DNA of 64,000 nucleotides, taken from the NCBI GenBank assembly GCA_030390025.1, contig CM059425.1, forward strand, positions 175,338,001-175,402,000. Direction: 5' to 3'. The notes beneath the pieces were generated by a model. The model worked only from the letters and a program-made list of their open reading frames with translations. It did no database searches and was not told where the DNA came from. This stretch comes from Squalus acanthias. Taxonomy: Eukaryota. Shown here in pieces: positions 11,519 through 25,257 of this stretch (position 1 is its first letter; each line of letters opens with the position of its first letter). A program made the translations under genes and the position numbers.

Positions 11519-11800
11519 TGGCTCTGGCTCTTGCTCTGTCTTGGGGCTCTCGCTCTTTGTCTTTGCTTTGCCGCTAACCGCAAATTCCAGTCCCATGTCT
11601 CCCGCTCTGGCTCTCCCTCCCTCCCTCCCGCTCTGGCTGGCTCTCGCACTTGCTCTCGCTCTGGCTGGCTCTCACTCGCTCTCGCTCTGGCTCTGGTTGG
11701 CTCTCACTCGCTCTTGCTCTGGCTGGCTCGCTCTCGCTCTCGCTCTGTCTGGCTCGCACTCGCTTAGCTGGCTCTTACTCGCTTTCGCTCTCGCTCTCAC
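11519..11800. repeat. Degenerate (GCTCTC/GCTCTG)n microsatellite
   Basis: Seen directly; explains the Leu/Ala- and Ser/Arg-repeat ORFs. Confidence 0.9.
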
Positions 11801-12146
11801 ACTTTGACTTAATTTGCCAACAGCAGTTAGAAATCTCTAGGGCCACGAAATTGGGAACTTTAGCGCGGGCCGTTAAGATTGAGTTCGCAGAAAAATGGCG
11901 GCCGCATCGCTTCCGCCCCCTTCTGCTGCCGAACGCGGTGGCTGCCATTTTGGGCAGGTTGGCAGCGCTGCCGTTGCCTGCGTTAGCTGCCTATTTTTAA
12001 ATGATGCAGATCGTGACGTTAATTGGTGTGCAACGTCTGAATTGACAACGAGCTGTAATTTTCAATGTCACCGCTCTTGATACTGCCTCTCCAAACCATG
12101 CACGGAAGCACGTGCGTGCAGCAGTACAACAGAGCCGCTGCGAGTG

Positions 12147-15100
12147 CTTACATAGATACATAGATACATAGAAGATAGGAGCAGGAGTAGGCCATCCGGC
12201 CCTTCGAGCCTGCTCCGCCATTTAATGAGATCATGGCTGATCCTCCAATTCAGTATCCCGTCCCCGCCTTCTCTCCGTAACCCTTAACCCCTTTTGCCTG
12301 TAGAAATATATCTAATTCCCTCTTAAATATATTTAATGAGCTGGCGTACACTGCCCTCTGTGGCAATGAGTTCCACAGGTTCACCACCCTCAGTGAAGAA
12401 ATTCTCCCTCATTTCTGTCCTAAATGGTTTAGCCCTTATCCTTAAATTATGTCCTCTAGTTCTGTTCTCACCCGCCAAGGGAAACATTCCTTCTGCATCT
12501 AGTCTGTCTAGACCTGTCAGAATTTTATACACTTCTATGAGGTCCCCTCTCAATCTTCTAAACTCCAGTGTGTACATCCCTAAACTACATAGTCTCTCCT
12601 CATAGGTCAATCCCGCCATTCCTGGTATCAGCCTGGTGAATCGCCGCTGCACCCCCTCCATGGCAAGAACATCTTTCCTCAGATGAGGCGACCAAAACTG
12701 TACACAGTACTCGAGGTGTGGTCTCACCAGTGCCCTGTACAGCTGCAGCAAGGTATCCCTGTTCCTGTATTCCAACCCTTTTGCTATGAAGGCCAGCATA
12801 CCGTTTGCCTTCTTGATCGCCTGTTGCACCTGCATGCTCGCCTTCAGTGACTGGTGTACAAGAACACCCAGGTCTCTCTGTACTTCCCCCTCTCCCAATT
12901 TATTGCCATTTAAATAATAATTTGCCCCCGCGTTCCTGCACCCAAGGTGGATAACTTCGCACTTGTCCACATTATAGTGCATCTGCCATTTATCCGCCCA
13001 ATCACCCAGTCTGTCCAAATCGCTCTGGAGCTTCCTGGTCTCCTCCTCTGAGCCCACCCCCCCTCCTAGTTTAGTGTCGTCTGCAAATTTGGAAATGCTG
13101 CATCCGACTCCCTGATCCAGGTCATTAATGTAAATTGTGAACAGCTGGGGACCCAGGACAGATCCCTGTGGTACCCCACTTGTTACTGCCTGCCATTCAG
13201 AAAATGAGCCGTTTATTCCAACTCTCTGTTTTCTATCTGACAGCCAGTTCTCTATCCACGTCAATACTTTCCCCTTTATCCCATGAGCTTCAATTTTCCC
13301 TGCTAATCTTTTATGTGGGACCTTATCGAAGGCCTTTTGGAAGTCCAGGTACACCACATCTACTGGCTCTCCCCCATCTATTTTACCAGTTACTCCCTCA
13401 AAAAAATCCAATAGATTAGTCAAGCACGATTTACCCTTTGTAAATCCATGTTGACTCTGTCCTATCCTGTCCCCATTTGCTAAGTGCTCCGCTATTTCAT
13501 CCTTAATGATGGACTCCAGCATTTTGCCCACAACTGATGTAAGGCTTACAGGTCTGTAATTACCTGCTTTTTCCCTACCCCCCTTTTTGAATAGTGGGGT
13601 AACGTTAGCTACCCTCCAATCCATGGGCACTGTTCCCGAGTCTAATGAATTCTGAAAAATCATACTTAGTGCATCCGCTATCTCTAGGGCCACCTCCTTC
13701 AGCACCCTAGGATGCATGTTATCAGGCCCTGGGGATTTGTCCGCCTTCAATCCCTTTAGCTTCCTTAACACCATATCCTTAGAGATATTGACTTGCGTCA
13801 GTTCCTCCTTTGCAAATGTCCCTATTTTTCCCGATATCCCAGGGAGGTTTTTTGTGTCTTCCTTCGTAAAGACTGACCCAAAGTATGCATTTAGTTGGTC
13901 TGCCATTTCCTTATTTCCCGTTATATATTCCCCCGTATCTGACTGCAATGGGCCAACTTTGGTTTTCACCAGTCTTTTCCTCTTGATATACTTATAAAAG
14001 CTTTTGGAGTTAGTTTTTATATTTTCCGCCAGCTTGCTTTCGTAAGCTATTTTGCCCCTCTTGATTAAGCCCTTTGTCCTCCTTTGCTCTATCTTAAACT
14101 GTTCCCAATCTTCCGCTCTGGCGCTTTTTTTGGCTATTTTATACGCCCTATCTTTGGATTTTTTGCTGTCTCTAATTTCCCCTGTTATCCACGGTTGAGT
14201 CACCTTTTTAGATTTCCTTTTATGCCAGATTGGTATAAACAATTTTTGCAATTTTGTCATTCTATCTTTAAATGCTTGCCATTGTTTATCTACCTCCAGT
14301 CCTCCCAGGAACGTTGTCCAATCAGACCTACTCAGTTCCCGTCTAATGGCATCATAATTCCCCTTGTTTAAATTCAGGACCTTAGTATCTGAGTCAATTT
14401 CTTCGCTCTCCATTTCGAGTGAGAAATCGATCATGTTATGATCGCTCTGACCCAAGGGTCCCCGTACAACAAGATTACTAATTAGTCCCTTCTCATTGCA
14501 CAGTACCCAGTCCAATATAGCCTGTTCCCGAGTTGGTTCCTCGACATATTGATCCAGATAACCATCCCTTAAACACTCAAGGAATTCCTCCTCCTCATTA
14601 TTTTTACTGATTAGGCTATTCCAATCTATATGTAAGTTAAAGTCACCTATGATGACAGCTGTGCTCTTATTGCACGCTTCTCTAATTTCCCTCGTGATGC
14701 CCTCCCCAACCTCTATTTTACTATTTGGAGGCCTATATACCACTCCTATTAATGTTTTTCGCCCCTCGCTATTTCTTAGCTCCACCCATATAGATTCTGT
14801 ATTAACTGAGTTAATATCCTTCCTTTCAATTGCATTTATCCCTTCTTTTACCAGCAATGCTACCCCTCCTCCCTTTCTTTTTTGTCGATCCTTCCTAAAT
14901 ACTGAATACCCCTGTATGTTAAGCTCCCAGCCCTGCTCACCCTGCAACCATGTTTCCGTAATCCCAATTAGATCATAATTATTAACCTCTATTTCCACAG
15001 CTAATTCATCTACCTTGTTCCTGATGCTTCTCGCATTAAGGTATAAAACCCTCAGGCTTTTTTTATGCTCACATTTTTTATGAATTAGTTTGGCCCTTTG

Positions 15101-15530
15101 TTTTTTGTTCCTCACCCTTTTACCATTTATTTCTGTCTGCCTTTCACTTTCCTCTATTTCACTACATAGGTTTCTAGCCCCCTGCCATACTAGTTTAAAT
15201 GCTCCCGAACTGCTTTATCAAAAATTACCCCGAGAACATCAGTTCCATCTTTGCACAGGTGTAGACCGTCCCTTTTGTATAGGTCACACCTACCACAAAA
15301 CTGGTTCCAATGCCTCAAAAATTTAAAACCCTCCCTCTTACACCACTGCTCAAGCCACGTATTTAGCCTAACTATCCTGTTCTCTGTACTCTTACTAGCA
15401 CGTGGCACTGGTAGTAATCCAGAGATTACTACCTTCGAGGTCCTACTTTTTAGCTTGGCTCCTAACTCCCTAAATTCTACTTGTAGGACCTCTTCCCTTT
15501 TTTTAGCTACGTCGTTGGTACCAACATGTA
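12147..15530 (-). mobile_element. Young CR1 LINE with near-intact ORF2 (APE endonuclease plus RT, 930 aa) and partial ORF1
   Basis: ORF 12323..15115 has YLNARS, TETW, YRPP, GDFN, SDH, QHGF, LDFQKAFD, PQGSVLGP and FADD; (acatagat)n tail at 12147..12172; esterase ORF 15190..15530. Confidence 0.95.
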
Positions 15531-15534
15531 TCTT

Positions 15535-18180
15535 CTTAAAGGGACACACACAACTTTCAGGTAACTTTAGATTTTTGCTTTTAGATTTTATTTTTACATT
15601 TTATTGGAGTAGTGGCTTGGTGCAATACATTTAAAAAGTTGTTAGTGTGCTGGGAGTGCTGCTGGGCGTTGGCAAGGCTTTGGCTGTTAAAGGGAGGCCT
15701 CTGAGAAGACCACTTGCTTCCAGTCCAGGGGGCTCTAGTTGCAGTCCTCCTTGGGCTGCAGCATCATATGGAGATGGAAGCAAAGGGGGACAAGCTGCTC
15801 GCAGAGGCAGGAGGAAGCAGGATGGGAAAAAGCAGAAGGAAGGAGGTAACCCAGACAGTCCCTTTCTGGCCAAGATATCCAGGATCGAATCATCCGCCTG
15901 CGGTACCAGTGAACACAACCCCAATTCCCCTTTCAACATTTGTCCCACACCTTACTGTTACTGACCATCACAGCATCCTGTTGGCCACAATGCTGAAATA
16001 AAAGCCACCACAAAGCAAACCTTCCAATCTAACTTTATCCATATGTGCATTCAATATTACATCAAAGAAGCAACTAATCACCCTTGTGCATTCCCTTAGT
16101 TGACTGTCTTGTGTGTGCCTTTGCCTATCCTAGTGATGTTACGCAGTGCTACCCCAGTGGCTGCAGCATGGCTGGTGGAAGGCTGCTGACTTTCAGTGGG
16201 GTCACTGCAGATGGCCGAGCAGCTGGTGGCTGGGAGTGAGAAATCAAGTGACGGTGTTTCTTCTTCTTCACTCTCCTGTTCCTCCTCTTGTTCAACCACT
16301 GGCTGGGCAGGCTGGATTTCTTGGGTGTCTGAAATGAGGAAGGCACAAGGGTAGGGTTGTGGTGCGGGGAGGCGGGTAAAGGAAGAGGTGCATGCTTACG
16401 CCATGTGCAGCTTGTACATCAGAAGAGATTGTGGGACAAGGGGGAAGTGAGAAGAAGGATATCGTATGAGGATACCGGCATCTTGTATTCTTTCAGACCC
16501 ACCACTGGCCAAGAGCTCAGCCATGCCCCTGCCAAGAATGGCCAGCACCGTCTCCTCTAAGTGGGTGAAGTGAAGCTAGGAATGTGAGGTGTGCCTTGTG
16601 TTTGGTAGAGATTATTGGTAGGTGAGTGATTTGGGGGAGGGTGGGGCGGGGGGGATCTTGCATTGAGCAGTGTGTGAGGCTAGTGGTGCAGTTGGTAGGA
16701 GACTGCTTTTGAAGATGCATTCATAGAATCATAGAAATTTACAGCACAGAAGGAGGCCATTCGGCCCATCTTGTCCCTGCCGGCCGACAAAGAGCTAGCC
16801 ACCCTAATCCCACTTTCCAGCGCTTGGTCCGTAGCCTTGTAGGTTATGACACTTCAAGTGTATATCCAAGTACATTTTAAATGTGATGAGCGTTTCTGCC
16901 TCTACCACCCTTTCAGGCAGTGAGTTCCAAACCCCCACCACCCTCTGGGTGAAAAATTTTTTCCTCAAATCCCCTCTAAACTTCTGACCAATTACTTTAA
17001 ATCTATGCCCCCTGGTTGTTGACCCTTCTGCTAGGGGAAATAGGTCCTTCCTATCCACTCTATCTAGGCCCCTCATAATTTTATACACCTCAATTAGGTC
17101 TCCCCTCAGCCTCCTCTGTTCCAAAGAAAACAACCCCAGCCTATCCAATCGTTCCTCATAACTAAAATTCCCCAGCCCAGGCAACATCCTCGTAAATCTC
17201 CTCTGCACCCTCTCTAGTGCAATCACATTCTTCCTGTAATGTGGTGACCAGAACTGCACGCAGTATTCTAGCTACAGCCTAACTAGTGTTTTATACAGTT
17301 CAAACATAACCTCCCTGCTCTTATGGTCTATGCATCGGCTAATAAAGGCAATTATCCTGTATGCCTTCTTAAACACCTTATCTACCTGTCCTGCTACCTT
17401 CAGGGATCTTTGGACATGCACTGCAAGATCCCTCTGATCTTCTGCACTTCTCAGTGTCCTACCATTTATAGTGCATTCCCTTGCCTTGTTAGCCCTCCCC
17501 AAATGCATTACCTCACACTTCTCCAGATTGAATTCCATTTGCCACTGTTCTGCCCACCTGACCAGTCCATTGATATCTTTCTGCAGTCTGCAGCTTTCTT
17601 CTTTAGTATCAACCACACGGCCAATTTTTGCATTCACTGACCTTGACCACAGGTGAAACTTGTTTGGGCACAGGAGCTAGGTCCTGGGGGTGACACTGCT
17701 GGCAGTGACGGCCTCTGCGATCTGGTTCTACATCCTTCTTTCTGGAGGGCGTCCTGGCCTCCTTTTTGATGGCTGGCCTCTCTTCCAGTGTTGACCCCCC
17801 CCCCTGCACAAAGCTGGAGCGCTGCATGCGAGACCCTGGGTGCCCTTTCCCTGGCTTGTTGAGCCATTTGTGTTAGTGCTGAAGCACTTTTAGCATTTTT
17901 TATCTGCAGAAGGCAGTTCAGCTTTAAGAGCTGTAGACTACCTTGAGAGGAGCAGGCTAGCTGTAAGTAAAGCTAGCCTCGCTTCAGTGGCGCGAACTCC
18001 GGCCCCCTGCTTAGTGCACAGCCTGTCTGCAGCACGTTCCTTTCTAGGCTGTGTGCTCCTATCATGTTAATTAGCAGGTAGCACCAAATTGACGTACTGC
18101 CTGAGCTTTCTGAATGGGCACAGGCATATCTTTGAACACGATGCCCGCGCCTCTTTTTTGGCGCTATAGAATTTCACCCA
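15535..18180 (-). mobile_element. Decayed Harbinger-like element with a Myb/SANT-like ORF remnant (17634..17867), interrupted by a CR1
   Basis: MAQQARERAPRVSHAAL.. and, in another frame, QIAEAVTASSVTPRT*LLC.NKF resemble trihelix Myb/SANT ORFs; TIR-like gaatttcaccc near 18170. May extend to about 11840. Confidence 0.45.
16724..17628 (-). mobile_element. 5'-truncated CR1 with an 8-bp TSD
   Basis: RT C-terminal ORFs 16804..17259 and 17272..17637; TSD tgcattca at 16716 and 17629. Confidence 0.92.
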
Positions 18181-19902
18181 CTAAGTGTTTTGTTATGGTG
18201 CAGTCTGAGTATTGTAGTTAGAAAGGGGCAGATAAATGTACTCTCATAATGCATCTCTCGTGCGCACAATTTGCCAACAGGAAATCCCTGTTATCTAGTC
18301 CCAGGTAAAATTTGCCAAATCTGCGATTGAAACAGAAATCAAGACCTAGGTCATGGAGATGGGGAAAGGGCTGTATGGAGAGTACTTCTTGCAGTTGCTT
18401 CTAATATTAAAACTATTTTGTGTGTTGCATTATAATAGATAAAAGGATATCTGAGTGAATAAGAAAATAGCAATCAAAATCAGAGAAGACATAATTGGAG
18501 CTATTTGTTTCTTTTCTTTTTTGGTAATTGCTGGTTCCCTACTGTTGGATTTGAAGTAAATTTGAATGACTTGATTGGATACTTTATAGCGTGTGCTCAA
18601 TGCTACAATGATTGGTAGTGAATGGAAATGTTTTTCATTGCCTTGCACTTGCTGAGATTTTTACAAAGTCAGGTCTGCTGTAGATACCTTCACTGGTTCA
18701 GTAGCATCACTTGCTCCTGTAAGCAATCTTACTTTTGTAGGAGTTAACTCACATTGCTGTATATCTACTTGTACGATATAACCTGGAGGTGTCATGGAGG
18801 AACCCTATCCAATATGGTGGGTAGCATACTTCAGACGTGGAATGAGTGCATGCACGCCGCCCGCCATATTGGATGCTGAGGTGCTTGTATTACGCCTGTA
18901 AAATGGTTCAAATTTCTCGGCCCTAGTTTCTCCCCAATAAATAAGTAGTGAAAGTCTATTATTTTGCTGAGAATCCAGTGTGATGATTTTTTTTTAGCAA
19001 TGTTTGTACTTAATTATTTTTTCCCCTGCAAAAAATAGTTTGGGAAATCATCTGCTTCAGTGAATGGACCCATTCAGTCTCAGAAAGATCTATGCGATTT
19101 ACAACTATGCTTTTGAAGTACTGTTTTCTGTGCATTTTTACTTTGTGACAGTTTACACCCCATTTATACTATGGCTTTAAGTTTACATAGGACCTACGGC
19201 ACAGAAACAGGCCATTCGGCCCAACCAGTCCATGGCAACGTTTATGCTCCACTCGAGCCTCCTCCTGTCTTTGCTCCTCTAAATCTATCAGCATAACCCT
19301 CTATTCTCTTCTCCCTCATATGCTTGTCTAGCCTCCCCTTAAATGTATCTATACTATTCGCTTCAACCACTCCCTGTGGTAGCGAGTTTCACATTCTCAC
19401 CACTCTTTGGGTAAAGAAGTTTCTTCTGAATTCCCTATTGGATTTCTTGGTGACTATCTTATATTGATGGCCTCTAGTTATGCTCTTCCCCAGAAGTGGA
19501 AACATTCTCTCTCTATCCACTCTTATCAAAGCCTCTATTAGGTCACCCCTCAACCTTTTTTCAAGAGAAAAGAGACCCAGGCTATTCATCCTTTCCTGAT
19601 ATGTATACCTTCGCATTTCTGGTATCATCCTTGTAAATCTTCTCTGCACCCTCTCCAGTGCCTCTATATCCTTTTTACAATATAGCGACCAGAACTGTAC
19701 GCAGTACTCCAAGTGTGGTCTAACCAAGGTTCGATACAGGTTTAGCATAACTTCCCAACTTTTCAATTCTATCCCTCTAGAAATAAACTCTCGTGCTTGG
19801 TTTGCTTTTTTCATGATGCGGAGATGCCGGTGTTGGACTGGGGTGGACAAAAATGAGAAGTCGCACAACACCAGGTTATAGTCCAACAGTTTTATTTAAA
19901 AT

Positions 19903-19938
19903 TACGAGCTTTCGGAGCTGTTGCCCCTTCGTCAGGTA
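19903..19938 (-). ncRNA. Mirror hammerhead motif on the minus strand
   Basis: Exact reverse complement of 19937..19972. Confidence 0.72.
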
Positions 19939-19972
19939 CCTGACGAAGGGGCAACAGCTCCGAAAGCTCGTA
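19937..19972 (+). ncRNA. Minimal hammerhead ribozyme motif
   Basis: UAC-CUGACGA-A-GGGGC-aaca-GCUCC-GAAA-GCUC-GUA: helix I UAC/GUA, helix II 5 bp, palindromic AGCU helix III, predicted cut after C19969. Confidence 0.72.
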
Positions 19973-22900
19973 ATTTTAAATAAAACTGTTGGACTATAAC
20001 CTGGTGTTGTGCGACTTCTCATTTTTGCTTTTTTCATGGCCTTGCTATCCTGTGTCACAACTTGTAGTGATTTGTGTATTTGTACTCCGAGATCCCTTTG
20101 TTCCTCTACTCCACCCAGACTTGCAACCTCCAAGTGATAAGTGACCTCCCTATTCATCCTACCAAAATGTAATACCTCACATTAATCTGTGTTGAACTTC
20201 ATTTGCCAATTATATGCCCATTCTGCAAGTTTATTAATGTCCTCCTGTAACTTGTTGCAGTCCTCCTCAGTATTGACTATTCCCCCCTCCCCCCCAATTT
20301 GGTGTCATCCACAAATTTAGAAATTGTGTTTTTGATTCCAAAGTCTAAATCGTTAATGTAAATTGTGAACAGCAGTGGTCCCAGCACTGATCATTGTGGA
20401 ACACCACTACCCGTCTTCTGCCACTGTGAATAGCTACCCTTTACCCCCTACTCTCTGCTTTCTGTCTTGAAGCCAGCTAGCTATCCATTCTTCTACTTGT
20501 CCCTTGACTTGGCATTCTCTGACCTTGTTCATCAGTCTATTATGGGGTACCTTATTGAAGGCCTTTTGAAAATCTAGATTAATTACATCTGCTGCATTAC
20601 CATTGTCTACTCTCTCTGTTACCTCTTCAAAAAATTCAATGAGGTTGGTCAAGCAAGACTTTCCCTTTTGAAATCCATGCTGACTATTCCTTATACTTTT
20701 GGTTTCTAGCTGTTCTATTTTCTCCTTTAGTAGGGATTCCATTATTTTTCCTACCACTGATATTAAGCTGACTGGTTTATAATTCCCTGGACATGTTCTA
20801 TCCCCCTTCTTGGATATAGGTATTACGTTAGCTTATCCGCCAGTCTTCTGGCACTATACCTTTTTCTAATGAATTATTAAATATGTTTAGTAATGCCTCT
20901 GCTATCTCTTCCCTAGATTATTTTAAAATGCATGAATGCAATCCATCAGGAACAGGGGTTTTATCCTCTTTGAGTTTGATTAGTTTATTTAATATATCCC
21001 CTCGTTTTATTTAAAATATACATCTCATTACTAATCTCATCATCCAATGTCATGTCCACCTGTTCTATCTCCCTGGTAAATACTGAAGCAAAATCATTAT
21101 TTAATATTTCTGCCATCTCTCTATCGTTACCTGTGGTATTATCCTGTCTATCCCTTAATGGCCCTATTCCCATCCCAACCTTCCTTTTTTTTTATTGATG
21201 TGCCTGTAAAATATTTTACTATTTTGTTTTATGTTCCTTGATAATTTAATTTCATAGTTCCTCTTTGCCTTCCTAATTGTTTTTTTGACTTCTCTCCTAA
21301 TCTCTTCGTATTCTCCCTTATCATGCACTCTCCTGCTGTCCATGTACTTAATGTATGCCTCTTTCCTTACCCTCAATTGTTCCCTTATGGCTTTATTCAT
21401 CCATGGAGTCTCATTAGTGTTTAGTGTTAGTTTGTTCTTTCCTTTTAGCAGAATATATTGTTCCTGCACTCTGTTGAACACCGTTTTAATTGTTTCCCAT
21501 TGCTGTTCTACATCGTTGTTTGCCAATATTGTTGCCCATTTTATTTTCCCAAGTTCTATTCTCAGCCCCTCAAAATCAGCTTTTCTCCAATCTATTAACC
21601 TGGTTTTCGTCATACTTATGTCCTTCTCAATTATCATCTTAAAGCGTATTATATTATGGTCACTATTGCCTAGATGTTCCCCTACTTTTACTTCTCTTAT
21701 CTGCTCTGGTTCATTCCCCATTACTAGATCCAATAGCGAATCCTCCCTTGTTGGTCTTTTTACATATTGGGTTAGAAAGCAGTCCTGTGCACATTGTAGG
21801 AACTCCATTCCCTTATCCCCTTTACCTCCCTCTTCTGTCCAATTAATATTGGGGTAGTTGAAATCCCCCATGATTATTCTGTTTTTTACTCATTTCCCTA
21901 ATTTGTCTGCATATTTCTTCCTCCAGCTCCTTTCCACTATTAGGAGGTCTGTAGACTACGCTTATTAGTGTGATTGATCCTTTATTATCTTTTATCTCTG
22001 TCCATATGGATTCTGTTTTTGTCTTGCTGATAGCTGCGTCACTTTTTTCTACTGCCATTATGTTTTCCCTAATAAGTACAGCTACTCCACCTCCCATTTT
22101 TCCCCCTCTATCTTTTCTAAATATGTTATACCCTGCAATGTTTAATTCCCAGTTCTGATTTTTCTGCAGCCATGTCTCAGTAATCCCTACTATGTCTGGT
22201 TCCTCGCAACGTATGATTGCCTCCAGCTCCCCTGTTTTATTACGGACACTGTGCCTTGCTGTACAGACAGTTTAACTCATTTTTCATAGGATTTCCTCTC
22301 ACTTTATGTTTAACCATTTTTTTAGACTCCTGTTCTATAACTCTATTTATTCCCTTGCCATCAGTGACCTTTACTTTATTCTTTCCTATGCTCTCTTTTC
22401 CTGTTTTGTTTATATTTAGGCTGGTTATGTTTCTTGCAGATCCCTCCCCCCCCCCCCCCATCTTACTAGTTTAACGCCTTTGCCACCTCCCTATTTACCC
22501 TTTCCACTAGGACACGGGTCCTATCCTGGTTCAAGTGGAGCCCGTCCCATCGGTACTGCTCCTTCTTGTCCCATGAAAAGGAACCCCTCTTTCCCACACT
22601 AGCCCTTTAGCCATGTGTTAATTTTCCTGATCTGTCTGCTTCTATGTCAATTTGCACGTGGCTCGGGCAATAATCCAGAGATTATTACCCTCGAGGTCCT
22701 GCTTTTTAATTCAGAGCCTAACTCCTGATACTCTTTCAGCAGGACCTCCTCCCTGTTCCTACCTATGTCGTTTGTTCCAACATGGACCACGACAACTGGA
22801 TTTACCCCTCCCTTTCCAAGTTCCTCTCCAGCCGCCATGAGATATCCCTTACCCTTACACGGTAGGCAACACACCCTTCGGGATTCTCGTTCTTTGCTGC

Positions 22901-25257
22901 AGAGGACGCTATCTATCCCCCTAATTATAGAGTCCCCTATCACTACCACATTTCTATTCTGCTCTTCCCTCACTTGGACAGCCTTCTGAGCCACGGTGCC
23001 TTGGTCTGCATTGTGGCTGTCCTCCCTGCAGTCTTTTTCCTTGTCCTCTCAGGTCGCGAGTACATCGTACCTGTCTGACAGGACCAGTGTCTGTGGGACC
23101 TCCAGCTCAACCTCTCCTAAATCCCTGCTACCCGGCTCCCTAACAATCACACCCTCCCTTTCCTGAACCTGTGCTTTCCTCTGGGGTGTGACTGTATTCT
23201 GGATAAAACTGTCCAGAAATTCCTCCCCTTTCTTTGTGTCGGATTGTCTCCAACTCGCACTCCAGCTCAATGACTCTGAGCCAGAGAGATTCGAGATGGA
23301 GACATCTTCTGCAGACGTGTTTGCTCGGGACAGTCTCGCTGTCCACAAACTCCCACAAACTGCAGTCCAGACACACGACCTGCCCTGCCATATCTTAGTC
23401 TAGCCTTATTTTATTTATTTAATTAATTAGTTAGTCTGTATTCAACGATTATTTATAGTTGTATTAATTAGTTTAACTAGTTAAGCTATAAATTTGTAGC
23501 TGCATTCTGTCGATATTCTATTATTTACACTCTTGATGAAAATAAAATCCTATGTGCACCAAAAACACCATTACCCTTATACTGTCAGTAAAAGAAATTT
23601 AATTCTTCCTGCACTAAAAACCCTGCATTGTCAGTCTGGTCCAACAGCAGTGCAAGGGATTTGTAGCTGGATAATAATTTTGCCTATGTGTTGCAATTGT
23701 TCAGCAAAACTTGGGTAACTTGATGCCCCCATTTGCAGTAACCAACTCGGGTCTGCATGAAACTAGATGATCATTCAACTGTCTGCCCTGACCACAGCTG
23801 AATGTGATGTGTGAGACTAAACTATAATCAGGATATACAATTTAGTACTTACTGTAATTAATATAATTAGATTGAAAAATTCTCATTGTTTACAGCTTTT
23901 TATTAAAAATGAGTGAAATAGATCAACACAAAATGAAGTGCAATAAGAAGTACCTAAAAGAAATGCAGTCCATTTTAAAAGATGAAAGCTGACATTTGAA
24001 TTAATAACATTTTATCTTGTTCTGCTAAGAGAACTATAGGTAATGCTCACAAGCACAGTTATAGTGAAGGAAAGCTTAGGAATAGAAGAACCATGTGGCA
24101 TAGTTTGATATATTAAATCAAATTTTTTGTCTTTCAAGTTCCAAATTTGATTGAAGAAAAATTATGCATTCAACTAAGTTATCAGAGAAGGGTACCTACA
24201 TATTCTCCAGTGGTTTAAACATTCTTTGTCAAAATTTATCAAATTATTTTGAAAGCATTTTTATTGAAATTCCAGTGTGGAAAATTATCTTTTGTTTTCT
24301 TAATGTGTTTGTCGTTGTTGCCAGATGACACACTTCAAAGCTCTCTGAGCTCCAATAATTATTGTCACTAGGGATTTTAGGACATCTGTAAAGCACTTAG
24401 CAAAGATGATAACCTGGTTTGTGATATTTAGTTCTTTGCAATAACTAGATTAAAAGTACCCAAAGAGTTCACTTTGTTCACTTCTTTGAGTACTGAATTT
24501 CCTTTTGTCACTTTCAGGCACATTACCCTCGTATAGCATTTCCAAAAAACATTGGAGCCGAAAACGTGTGACCTTTGGATTTGATGTAAATGCTGGAATC
24601 CTCCCACTGGTGACCTTCAGTACTGACCATACCAAAGTTCGCAGGGGGAGGCCACATCATTTTTATAAACTGGATGGGTACCTGCTGTAGGAGAGCTAGC
24701 AGAAATTGTGGCCTTTGGCGGGGGGGCAGGGCCCAAAATGTTAAAAGAAAAATTCCCAGGCTGGCGAACCCCCCCCATGTGCGCCCCACTTTTACAGGGC
24801 AGAGGGATAGTTACCTTGCTTTCACTTGGTGTACCAGCCCTGCCAATGTTTCACCTGGCCGGAGAGACGAGAAGTCCCAGTCTGGAAGTCTCCGTCCAGC
24901 CATGCCCTTGACCTTATTTGGAGTAAGTGGAGGCTCTGCATCAAACCAGACCCAGCAGAAACTCTTGGAAGGCTGGTATCCAGGTTCCGGCTGTATTTGC
25001 GGCCCTTCTGCTGGACTCAGGAGTGCACTGGAAGGGCTCTGGATTTTCAGCAAATGGCTTGTGGTAAATAGTGTAAGCTTCATTTAGAGAAAGATGCACA
25101 CTCATAGTAGATACTTTAATTAAAATAACATAAATGAACAGTACTATTGTAGACTGTAAGATGACCATATAGTATCGTCATGGCCAACCAGTGGATAGAG
25201 CTTCAAGGAGAAGGGCATAAGTTTTTCAAACAATTATAAATGTTGCATGTTGGAGAT

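Larger units (their letters stand above)
19816..20027. mobile_element. PLE-like pseudo-LTR insertion forming a perfect 180-bp palindrome (19848..20027)
   Basis: 90-bp arms centred on ggt|acc; TSD tttgcttttttcatg at 19801 and 20024; empty site seen in the related CR1 near 53718. Confidence 0.85.
19185..23410 (-). mobile_element. Near full-length decayed CR1 (ORF1 and ORF2)
   Basis: Zn finger VVCLDC..VCRRC (23140..23391), esterase (22647..22994), endonuclease (21164..22097), RT fragments and a 3' hairpin tail. Confidence 0.92.

Noticed and set aside
11531..12000. Leu/Ala-repeat membrane or signal peptide ORFs
   Set aside because: Translation of a hexamer microsatellite.
12323..15115. Retron, DGR or other prokaryotic RT system
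   Set aside because: APE endonuclease plus RT and a microsatellite tail define an ordinary CR1 LINE.
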